Shown in pieces: positions 55,390 to 64,000 of a stretch of 64,000 nucleotides of DNA. Below the pieces are notes generated by a model. It searched no databases, was not told the DNA's origin, and saw nothing but the letters and a program-made list of their open reading frames with translations. The stretch is taken from the NCBI GenBank assembly GCA_902778995.1, contig CACYZW010000019.1, positions 3,508 through 67,507 on the forward strand, in the 5' to 3' direction. The stretch's first letter is position 1; each line of letters opens with the position of its first letter. The stretch is from an uncultured Eubacteriales bacterium (GTDB taxonomy: Bacteria; Bacillota; Clostridia; Christensenellales; Aristaeellaceae). A program made the translations under genes and the position numbers.

Positions 55390-56514
55390 ATGGAAAAGGC
55401 AAGGGTCTATTTCACCGATTTCCGAACCCGCACGGGCGTCAGCCAGGGGAAAAAGCTGCAAAAGCTGTGCCGGGCCGCCGGCATCGGCGATATCGACTTT
55501 GAAGGCAAGTTCACCGCCATCAAGATGCACTTCGGCGAGCTGGGCAATTACTCGTATCTGCGGCCCAACTACGTCAGGGCCGTGGCCGATCTCATCCGGG
55601 ATCTGGGCGGCAGGCCCTTTCTGACCGATTGCAACACGCTCTACCCCGGCAGCCGCAAGAACGCCCTCGACCACCTGACCAACGCCGAGCTGAACGGCTT
55701 CAACAGCGTGACCACCGGCTGTCACGTGATCATCGCCGACGGCCTGCGGGGCACGGACGACATCGAGATTCCCGTTCCCAACGGCGAATACTGCAAGACG
55801 GCCCTGGTGGGCCGCGCGCTGATGGACGCCGACGTGCTGATCTCCCTGAGCCACTTCAAAGGCCACGAGATGACAGGCTTCGGCGGCGCGATCAAGAACA
55901 TCGGCATGGGCGGCGGCAGCCGCGCGGGCAAGATGCACCAGCACCACGAGGGGACGCCCCGGGTGGACACGGCGCTGTGCAAGGGCTGCAGGCGCTGCGC
56001 CCGGGAATGCGGCAGCGACGCCATCAGCTATTCGAACGGCAAGGCATATATCGATCCCGCACTGTGCAAGGGCTGCGGGCGCTGCATCGGCGCATGCGCC
56101 TTCGACGCCATCAGCAACGTCAACGACGGCGCATGCGAAACCCTTTGCTGCAAGATGGCCGAGTACACCGCCGCGATCTGCCAAGGCAGGCCGTGCTTCC
56201 ACATCAGCCTGATCATGGACGTATCCCCCAACTGCGACTGTCACGACGAAAACGACGCGCCGATCCTGCCCAACATCGGCATGCTGGCCTCCTTCGACCC
56301 CGTCGCGCTGGATCAGGCCTGCGCCGACCTGTGCCAGAAGGCCGAGCCCATCCGCAACAGCCAGCTTGGCGACAACCTGGCGCGCCCCGGCTGGCACTGC
56401 CACCACGACCACTTCTTGGACAGCAATCCCAACGTCCATTGGAAGGAGACCCTGGCCCACGGCGAAAAGATCGGCCTGGGAACGCGGGAATATGAGCTGG
56501 TGACGGTAAAATAG
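55390..56514 (+). CDS. DUF362-domain protein with two 4Fe-4S ferredoxin motifs
   Basis: DUF362 pattern (FLTDCNTLY, ISLSHFKGHEMTGFGGAIKNIGMG), plus CKGCRRCARECG and CKGCGRCIGACA. Confidence 0.8.
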   Translation: MEKARVYFTDFRTRTGVSQGKKLQKLCRAAGIGDIDFEGKFTAIKMHFGELGNYSYLRPNYVRAVADLIRDLGGRPFLTDCNTLYPGSRKNALDHLTNAELNGFNSVTTGCHVIIADGLRGTDDIEIPVPNGEYCKTALVGRALMDADVLISLSHFKGHEMTGFGGAIKNIGMGGGSRAGKMHQHHEGTPRVDTALCKGCRRCARECGSDAISYSNGKAYIDPALCKGCGRCIGACAFDAISNVNDGACETLCCKMAEYTAAICQGRPCFHISLIMDVSPNCDCHDENDAPILPNIGMLASFDPVALDQACADLCQKAEPIRNSQLGDNLARPGWHCHHDHFLDSNPNVHWKETLAHGEKIGLGTREYELVTVK

Positions 56515-56580
56515 TTCCCCATTTACGGCATCTGTGGCGGCGGCGATATGCCTTCGACGCGGCAACCGACAGATGCCGCC

Positions 56581-56790
56581 CAGGATGCAGACAAAGTCAT
56601 ACTGTTCTCAGTAAATGTAAAAGATCCTTCGCTTCGCTCGGGATGACACCGATACGCTTGTCAGACTGAGCAGCGCGAAGCGGAGTCGTGGCCGCAGGCT
56701 TGGCGAAGCGTCAGGGATCTTTTCTATTTCTTAATTGGGAACTGTATCAACAGACTGCCAGAGGGCTGAAAAGCATCACCGCATAGCAAA
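56581..56790. repeat. M2 module interrupted by a nested element
   Basis: CAGGATGCAGACAAAGTCA | insert | TCAACAGACTGCCAGAGGGCTGAAAA, compared with the uninterrupted CAGGATGTTGACAAAGTCAACAGRCTGCAGGCCGCTG at 41446 and 47171. Confidence 0.75.
56600..56746. mobile_element. Family-2 MITE-like element (147 bp) flanked by a TCA direct duplication
   Basis: Imperfect TIRs of about 40 bp: TACTGTTCTCAGTAAATGTAAAAGATCCTTCGCTTCGC at the left end, and GCGAAGCGTCAGGGATCTTTTCTATTTCTTAATTGGGAACTGTA at the right end. TCA at 56597-56599 and at 56747-56749. There is no coding capacity. Confidence 0.6.
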
Positions 56791-56834
56791 AGCGCCCCTG
56801 CGACATTGACTGTCGCAGGGGCGCCTTTGCTATG
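56783..56834. terminator. Bidirectional terminator hairpin
   Basis: CATAGCAAAAGCGCCCCTGCGACA-TTGAC-TGTCGCAGGGGCGCCTTTGCTATG (24-bp arms, one mismatch). Confidence 0.8.
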
Positions 56835-56842
56835 GCTTTCGA

Positions 56843-57280
56843 TCAAATCTGGGGCTCGGCGTCGTTCTCCAGCGCCACGTTCTCCACGGAGCGAATGGCC
56901 CAGCGGGCGATGACGATGGTATTTTGCAGCGAACCCATGGTCAGGGTGACGGTGTCGTCCTTGAGGGCCGCGATGGTGCCGTACAGGCCGCCGATGGTGC
57001 AGATCCTGTCGCCCACCTTCAGGGCGGACAGCATGTCCTTCACCTGCTTGTCCTTCTTGCGCTGGGGACGGATCAACAGGAAGTAGAATATGGCGACCAT
57101 GGCCACCATCATGACGACGGTGCTGATCAGGCTGCCGGTACCGGCGGCGGCATTGGCCGCAGCGGCTGTGCCGTCGGCGGCGGTTGCGGCGGCGCCCGTG
57201 GCGGCAGCCGCGGCTTCACCGGTGGCGACGGTAACGGACTGATTGGCCTCGGCCAACAGATTTACAAAATTCATGAACAT
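56843..57280 (-). CDS. yajC: Preprotein translocase subunit YajC (with an Ala/Thr-rich N-terminal extension)
   Basis: FYFLLIRPQRKKDKQVKDMLSALKVGDRICTIGGLYGTI is the YajC signature. AAAGGAGAA RBS. Lies downstream of tgt. Confidence 0.85.
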   Translation of the reverse strand: MFMNFVNLLAEANQSVTVATGEAAAAATGAAATAADGTAAAANAAAGTGSLISTVVMMVAMVAIFYFLLIRPQRKKDKQVKDMLSALKVGDRICTIGGLYGTIAALKDDTVTLTMGSLQNTIVIARWAIRSVENVALENDAEPQI

Positions 57281-57397
57281 TCCAAATTCTCCTTTGCATG
57301 CTTGTGAAACAATACAATTATAACCGAGTCCGGACGAAAATACAACTTTTTGACGGTCAATTTGCGACGAGGACACGTAAATTTTTGGTTGAAAACC

Positions 57398-58543
<1,146 letters not shown>

Positions 58544-58806
58544 TTATTCAAGGGCCGTCCCAAAGCGACAGACACGATGCAAACAGTCCCTTTGCCGGCG
58601 GCTGTCAGTCGCCCTGAAGGCCACATGCGGCGGCATGAAGACGGCAAGCCCTGAGGCTTGCCGGTCGATCTTTGGCGGATTGCCGCTGTCCCCTTCCATC
58701 GGATCGGGACGCGGCGACGTCGCCGCTGTTATAACGGTCTTTTCTGCATTGTCTGCGCGTTACGGGAAAGCCCCGCAATTGGATACTCTGCTTATGAACG
58801 GTGATT

Positions 58807-59277
58807 TCAGGCCCTGGCGCGGCGGCGCAGCAGGACGAGAAGCAATCCCCCGCAAAGGGCGATGGCGGCGAAGGCGACGCCCACCGGCATCGAACCGTCT
58901 CCGGCCTGGGGCACGGTATCTTCCAATACCCTGGCGGCGATGTCCATGCTCACCAGCATCTTGCCGTTCGCGTCGAAGGCGTCCATGCGATACACGCCGG
59001 TGTGTTCGGGCTGGGCGTTTACGATGTTGTATACCTTCTGATTTGCGCCGTCCAGGGGAACGTCGTTGAAGAACCATTGATATGACTCGGGCTCGACGCC
59101 GTCTATGTCCACTTCTATGGAGAGATCCTCTCCTGCCTTGACCACGGCGTTTTGGGTCATCCTCGATACCCGCATCACCACCGTGGTGGAAATCGAACTC
59201 TCCGCACAGGCGCACACAGAGGCCAACAGCATGATGGCAATCCACAGCGCAGCCAACCTGCTCAATACTCTGTTCAT
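58807..59277 (-). CDS. Small secreted Ig-like domain protein with a C-terminal hydrophobic anchor and basic tail
   Basis: Signal peptide/lipobox-like SVCAC. YQWFFNDVPL...HTGVYRMDAFD (Ig I-set-like). C-terminus VPQAGDGS, then a hydrophobic helix, then RRRARA. Confidence 0.6.
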   Translation of the reverse strand: MNRVLSRLAALWIAIMLLASVCACAESSISTTVVMRVSRMTQNAVVKAGEDLSIEVDIDGVEPESYQWFFNDVPLDGANQKVYNIVNAQPEHTGVYRMDAFDANGKMLVSMDIAARVLEDTVPQAGDGSMPVGVAFAAIALCGGLLLVLLRRRARA

Positions 59278-59582
59278 GCTGAACCCTCCAGTGACTCAAC
59301 CGCATTTGTAGTTATGGTAATTCTACTGCACACCCCCTCAGAATTCAATACTTTTCAGCATATATGCACAGTTTTATCTAATTTCAGTCATAGATATACA
59401 CGCAGATTGCACAAATAGTAATATATTTGTAATGTTTTATAATATATCAGAAATATATACAGAACTATTTTGAAATATGTTTGCATGCTTCCATTTTTCC
59501 TGTCCCGACGCGACATCCTGGTCGTTTCAGTCTGCCCGGGCCAGAGGGTACACCGCCCAATCGAGTCGTGAAGCAATGACAA

Positions 59583-59645
59583 GCTGAAATTTTGGAGACT
59601 TGCCGGGGGGCAAATGCGCCATGAGCATTGTGCGGTATTTCCTTT
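59583..59645. repeat. Family-1 half element, copy F
   Basis: GCTGAAATTTTGG...GCGCCATGAGCATTGTGCGGTATTTCC matches the right halves of copies G and RC(C1). Confidence 0.65.
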
Positions 59646-59730
59646 ACAGTCCGTCCCTCAAAGTGGTATAATACAAAATGAACCGGCGATTCTCCGACGC
59701 CGACCTGCTTCTGAATTCTGGAGGATATCT

Positions 59731-61689
59731 ATGACCGGCTTTTTGATACTCGCAGGCTATCTGCTGTGCGGCTGCGTTACAATGGACGCGCTTCTGCCCC
59801 GCAGGAACGGGCTCGTGCGCCTGTGGCTCGGGCTTTGCGCGGGACTTGTGATGATGATGTGGCTGCCAACGCTTTTCGCGTTCGCGCTGCGCTTTGACAA
59901 AGCGGCCCAGCTGCTGGGCCTCGCCACGGCGGCGGCTGCCGCCGGGGTCTGCGCCTTCACCGCCAAAGGGCAGGCCCGGGAGCGCCGCTTTACCGACATG
60001 CCCCTGTGGTTGCCCCTGGCGCTCGTGCTGCCGCTGGCCATTCTGGGCGGCTATCTCCAATATACCCATATGCTGCGCAACGTGGACGGCGCGCTGCACG
60101 TGGGCCAGTCCACCTACGGCGACCTCTGCCTGCACCTGGGCATCGCCACGAGCCTGCGGGGCGCGGCCTATCCCCCGGATTACTCGCTGCTGCCCAACAC
60201 GCTGCTGGGCTATCCCTTCCTGGGCGACAGCATGGTCACCACGATGCTGCTGTTCGGCAGCGACCTGACCGCCGCCTTCACCGTCACCGGCACGCTGATG
60301 ATGGCGTTGGTGTATCTTGGCTTTGTGATCTTCTGCTGGGAGCTGACCCGCAGCCGCGCCGCGACCGTCGTCGCCACGGTGCTGATGTTCATCAACGGCG
60401 GGCTGGGCTTCCTTTACGCGCTGGACGGCATCGGCAGGGACGCCACCGCCTTTCGCAACATATTCACCGGCTTTTATCTCACGCCCACCAACCAGCCCGC
60501 GCTGAACCTGCGCTGGGTCAACGTGATTTGCGATATGATGATCCCCCAGCGCACGCTGCTGGTGGGCTGGACGGCGCTGATCCCCGCGCTATGGCTGCTG
60601 ATGACCGCCGCGCGGGATCGCGACCTGCGCGCCTTTGCGCTTCTGGGCATCTGGGCCGGGGCCATTCCGATGATCCACACCCACTCCTTTCTGGCCCTGG
60701 GGCTGGTCAGCGCGGGGGCGATGGTCTACGCCGTCCTGCGGGCGGTCAAAGGGAAACGAACCGCCGTGCTTCTCCCCTTCGCGCTGTACGGCGGCCTCGC
60801 GCTGGCGCTGGCCCTGCCCCAGCTGCTGACCTGGTCCGTGCCCCAGACGGTTCACGGCGGCGCGCTTCGCTTTCGCTTCAACTGGGTCAACAACCAGAAC
60901 GGACGCCTCATCGACGGCTACTGCTGGTTCTGGATCAAAAACGTCGGCCTGATCTGGCTGATGATGATCCCCGCAGCGCGGGTCGGAAAGCGCGCGCCCA
61001 GGGGGAACGAAGGCCCGATGGCTCAGGGTGACCTCACCCGCATGCTGGGCGTCGGGGCGCTGTGCGTGTACGTCGCGGCGGAGCTGATACAGTTCCAGCC
61101 CAACGAGTACGACAACAACAAGCTGTTTTACGTGGCCTACATGGTCATGCTGCCCGCCGTGGGGCTGTATCTCGTCACGCTCTGGAATCGGCTGAAGGGG
61201 TTCCCCGGACGGGCCCTGCTCGCCGCCGTATTTATGCTGGTCTCGACCCTGTCGGGCGCGCTGAGCATCGCCCGGGAGGTGGTCTCCGATTACCAGCTTT
61301 TCGAGCGCGAGGCGGTTCACGCCGCCGCCTGGGTCGAGGAAAACACGCCGATGGACGCCGTGGTGCTGACGGGCAACCAGCACAACAACCCCGTGGCCGC
61401 GCTGGCGGGCCGACACATCGTCTGCGGCACGGGCAGTTACCTGTACTTCCACGGCATCGATTATTCGCTGCAGCAGCAGGACGAGCAGGCCATGCTCCAG
61501 TGGCCGGGGGACAACCTGGATCTGTTCGACCGCTACGGCATCGAATGCGTCTACATCTCCAGCTACGAGCGCTCCGACTTCGACGTGGACGAAGCCTGGT
61601 TCGCCGACCATTGCGACCTCGCCTTCTCCGAGGGGGATATTTCCATCTACCGAAAAAGGGGCATTCATTGGAAATCCACGCAAAATTAG
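59731..61689 (+). CDS. Large polytopic membrane protein, possibly a GT-C-type glycosyltransferase (function uncertain)
   Basis: About 652 aa with more than 12 hydrophobic segments and a soluble C-terminal domain. Start at MTGFLIL with GGAGGA RBS. The track ORF start (59614) would run through a repeat element. Confidence 0.6.
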   Translation: MTGFLILAGYLLCGCVTMDALLPRRNGLVRLWLGLCAGLVMMMWLPTLFAFALRFDKAAQLLGLATAAAAAGVCAFTAKGQARERRFTDMPLWLPLALVLPLAILGGYLQYTHMLRNVDGALHVGQSTYGDLCLHLGIATSLRGAAYPPDYSLLPNTLLGYPFLGDSMVTTMLLFGSDLTAAFTVTGTLMMALVYLGFVIFCWELTRSRAATVVATVLMFINGGLGFLYALDGIGRDATAFRNIFTGFYLTPTNQPALNLRWVNVICDMMIPQRTLLVGWTALIPALWLLMTAARDRDLRAFALLGIWAGAIPMIHTHSFLALGLVSAGAMVYAVLRAVKGKRTAVLLPFALYGGLALALALPQLLTWSVPQTVHGGALRFRFNWVNNQNGRLIDGYCWFWIKNVGLIWLMMIPAARVGKRAPRGNEGPMAQGDLTRMLGVGALCVYVAAELIQFQPNEYDNNKLFYVAYMVMLPAVGLYLVTLWNRLKGFPGRALLAAVFMLVSTLSGALSIAREVVSDYQLFEREAVHAAAWVEENTPMDAVVLTGNQHNNPVAALAGRHIVCGTGSYLYFHGIDYSLQQQDEQAMLQWPGDNLDLFDRYGIECVYISSYERSDFDVDEAWFADHCDLAFSEGDISIYRKRGIHWKSTQN

Positions 61690-61860
61690 TGTTCAACGCA
61701 TTGTATTTTCACACCGCATGGTCTATAATCCATCTGTGATAATGTGACAAATTTCGGTCGGACGCCACAAAACGGCCCTCCGCCCCGTCTATAATATGGC
61801 ATGCGCGCCAATATCAGGGAATGGGCGCGCCGTGAAACCGCGAAACCCCGGAGGCTTGTG

Positions 61861-63816
61861 ATGCGACACTTTAAAATCGGAGCGTTCACCCTTATGGCGG
61901 CAGGCATGTGCCTGCTACTGTGCGGCTGTGGCTCGATTGACGAAAGTATACTGGACACGCAGGCCAATACCTCTGTCGAAATCAACATGCCCTACGCCAC
62001 CGCCACGCCGCTGCCCGAGAACATGAGCGCGCCCGAGGCCATCGTCATCGACGCGGACGGCAACGTCACATTGAACGACACCTCCGTCATCGAGGGCGAT
62101 TTCCAGTCCCTCCGCGCCCGTGAGCAGCAGACCGAATACCGCAGCCTGAGCCTGGGCAACACGGGCATCGCCGTACAGGCGCTCCAGCTCCGCCTCAAGG
62201 ACCTGGGTTACTTCAGGGGCGACGTGTCCGGCCTGTTCGACGCCGACACCGAGGCCGCCGTGAAGCGCTTTGAGCAGACCTTCGGCACGATGCAGACCGG
62301 CGTCGCCACGCCGAAGCTCCAGTTGAAGCTCTTCGCCGCCACGGCTCCGGCCTACGGCACCGACGCCTACAACAACGCCGTGCTTTCCCAGTATTCCATT
62401 CTTCGACCCGGCACCGTGGGCAGCTCGGTCTACGCGCTTCAGCAGCGCCTGAAAAACCTGGATTACCCCATCACCGAGCTGACGGGCGTATTTGACGAAC
62501 AGACTGCCGAAGGCGTGCGCCTGTTCTACGCCGCCTACGGATTGCCCTCCAGCGACACGGCCAGCGTCGCCATGCAGCAGGAGCTGTACGCCGACACCGC
62601 GAAGCGCTATTCCCCGGAGATACAGGTCATTGCCACCCTCCCGCCCGGGGAGACGCAGCTGCAGCCCGTCCTCACCATTCCCGACGACGGCGAGATCGAC
62701 GAATCCACCGCCATCGCCCTGGGCAACTCCGGCATCCGGGTCTCCCAAATCCAGCAGCGCCTGATCGCGCTGGGGTACATGCCCGAGGGCAGCGACACCG
62801 GCGTATTCGACCAGGACACCCAGGAGGGCGTCAACCGCTTCCTCTCCGCCATAGGCCGCACGCCCAACGGCATGCTGACCCTTGACATGCAGAGTTTCCT
62901 GCTCTCCGACGGGGCCCCGGCCCTGGGCGGAAGCATCGACGCGACGGAATACAGGGACCTCGCTCCCGGCGACAGCGGCGACGCCGTGCTGAGCCTGCAG
63001 CGCAGGCTGGTGGAGCTGGGCTACGCCGACGGTACGCCCAACGGCAAATACGGCCCCGCCACCATCAGCGCCGTGATGTTCTACCAGCAGTGCAACGGCC
63101 TGGAGCAGGACGGACTGGCCACCGCATGGCTGCAATCGGTGCTGTTCAGCAACCAGGCGCTCACCTATGAGCAGACCCAGAGACTGGCGGAGGGCTTCGG
63201 CGGGCAGACGGAGGTCGAAGCGCAGTCCGAAGCGGACCAGGCGTTCGGCGAAAACGACGCGCCGACTGAGGAACCGGCGGAGGCATTGGAACCGGCGAAC
63301 GACTCCGACACGCTGTTCTTCAACCTTACGCCCGGTTCCACGGGCAGCGCGGTGACATCCCTGCAAAACCGGCTGGTGGAGCTGGGATATCTGGAAATGC
63401 CCAGTACGCTCTACGACGACGCCACCCGGGACGCGGTCATCGCCTTCCAGAACGCCATCGGCGTGGAGCCCACCGGGGAGGCCTCGGCATCCATGCAGCG
63501 CTACATCTACAGCAAGGCTGCCCCCGACGCCTCTGTGCGCTTCCAGGCCACCGGCGACGCCTATGCCACGCTGCAGTGGGGCGCCACCGGCGACGCGGTC
63601 ACGGCGCTGCAGCGCAGGCTCTGGCAGCTCGGCTTTTTGAAAAAGGAGGACGTGAAGGACAGCATCGGCACCTTCAACGACGCCACGCGCCAGGCCGTCA
63701 TCGACGCTCAGCTGAAGATGGAGTACGGCAGCGCGGACGGTGTTGCGGGCCCGGAATTTCAGAGCTTTCTGTTCTCCAGGTACGGAGAAAAGCTGAAAGG
63801 CAAAAAGAAAAAGTAA
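61861..63816 (+). CDS. Lipoprotein with about seven PG_binding_1 repeats
   Basis: Lipobox LLLCGC. Repeated LQ.RL..LGY.....G.FD..T..AV..FQ units. GGAGG RBS upstream of MRHFKIG. Confidence 0.8.
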   Translation: MRHFKIGAFTLMAAGMCLLLCGCGSIDESILDTQANTSVEINMPYATATPLPENMSAPEAIVIDADGNVTLNDTSVIEGDFQSLRAREQQTEYRSLSLGNTGIAVQALQLRLKDLGYFRGDVSGLFDADTEAAVKRFEQTFGTMQTGVATPKLQLKLFAATAPAYGTDAYNNAVLSQYSILRPGTVGSSVYALQQRLKNLDYPITELTGVFDEQTAEGVRLFYAAYGLPSSDTASVAMQQELYADTAKRYSPEIQVIATLPPGETQLQPVLTIPDDGEIDESTAIALGNSGIRVSQIQQRLIALGYMPEGSDTGVFDQDTQEGVNRFLSAIGRTPNGMLTLDMQSFLLSDGAPALGGSIDATEYRDLAPGDSGDAVLSLQRRLVELGYADGTPNGKYGPATISAVMFYQQCNGLEQDGLATAWLQSVLFSNQALTYEQTQRLAEGFGGQTEVEAQSEADQAFGENDAPTEEPAEALEPANDSDTLFFNLTPGSTGSAVTSLQNRLVELGYLEMPSTLYDDATRDAVIAFQNAIGVEPTGEASASMQRYIYSKAAPDASVRFQATGDAYATLQWGATGDAVTALQRRLWQLGFLKKEDVKDSIGTFNDATRQAVIDAQLKMEYGSADGVAGPEFQSFLFSRYGEKLKGKKKK

Positions 63817-63841
63817 ACGAACCGTTTGAGGGGTCGTCTCA

Positions 63842-63924
63842 GGGAAACACCGCGTGATCGAATCGTGCAGCAAGCGGCTGAAATTCAGCCGTTAACGCGC
63901 CATGAGCATCGTGCGGTGTTTCCC
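63842..63924. repeat. Family-1 element, copy G (minimal 83-bp form)
   Basis: GGGAAACACCGCGTGATCGAATCGTGCAGCAAG-CGGCTGAAATTCAGCCG-TTAACGCGCCATGAGCATCGTGCGGTGTTTCCC. This equals copy C1 or B without the internal section of about 75-85 bp. Confidence 0.85.
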
Positions 63925-64000
63925 TATAGTCATACAAGTAGTTACTGCTCAGGGTTCCCCTTTCCAATCGGGGGCGGCGGCGTGTACGCCGACCCCGCAG

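Noticed and set aside
59290-59560. A+T-rich island considered as a replication origin
   Set aside because: There are no DnaA-box-like 9-mers (TTATCCACA or variants) and no dnaA or dnaN nearby.
61915-63873. 652-aa minus-strand ORF opposite the PG-binding lipoprotein gene
   Set aside because: It has shadow-ORF composition and also runs through repeat element G.
63926-64000. Terminal 75 nt of the window
   Set aside because: The segment is too short to call, and no start, stop or motif context could be assessed.

Overview
This is a high-G+C chromosomal segment that looks Clostridia-like (spoIID, DUF1292, Firmicutes-type tRNA-Trp and tRNA-Leu). It is densely packed with about 55 protein genes on both strands. 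All family assignments come from reading the supplied translations for motifs; no database search was run.

Gene content, in order:
- Partial dus, then three repeat-protein genes (zinc-ribbon/TPR, HEAT-like, TPR).
- hslO, a SAM methyltransferase, a HAD phosphatase and an orphan CbiC-like gene.
- tRNA-Trp, a secreted FMN_bind+FAD flavoprotein reductase and a lower-G+C leucine-rich-repeat (LRR) gene.
- A disrupted sugar-isomerase gene, an XRE regulator and cysE.
- An ECF sigma / anti-sigma / SIMPL operon, then tRNA-Leu.
- An L,D-transpeptidase, DUF3048 and a Zn-dependent alcohol dehydrogenase (ADH).
- A TPM / XpaC / TelA envelope cluster, xth, an inositol monophosphatase and spoIID.
- An ABC exporter and a DUF362 gene.
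- An Opp/Dpp-type peptide ABC importer with an M20 amidohydrolase, facing an LD-carboxypeptidase / alanine racemase / beta-lactamase-fold operon.
- A ParB-like-HAD fusion with a HAD paralog.
- A GGDEF gene and a GGDEF-EAL gene.
- A CAT-like acetyltransferase.
- A Cys-repeat / PG-binding secreted protein.
- A MerR regulator with a divergent Fe-ADH and DUF362-ferredoxin.
- yajC-tgt, a large membrane protein and a PG-binding lipoprotein.

I saw no rRNA, CRISPR array, transposase, integrase or phage genes.

The most unusual signal is in the non-coding DNA. At least two families of short intergenic elements bounded by terminal inverted repeats (TIRs; MITE/REP-like) occur at eight or more sites. They include modular long and short forms, an abutting pair that shares a TTAA, and one nested insertion whose uninterrupted target sequence is present twice elsewhere in the window, implying a 3-bp TCA duplication.

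Many long ORFs in the six-frame track are antisense shadows typical of high-G+C DNA and were rejected.
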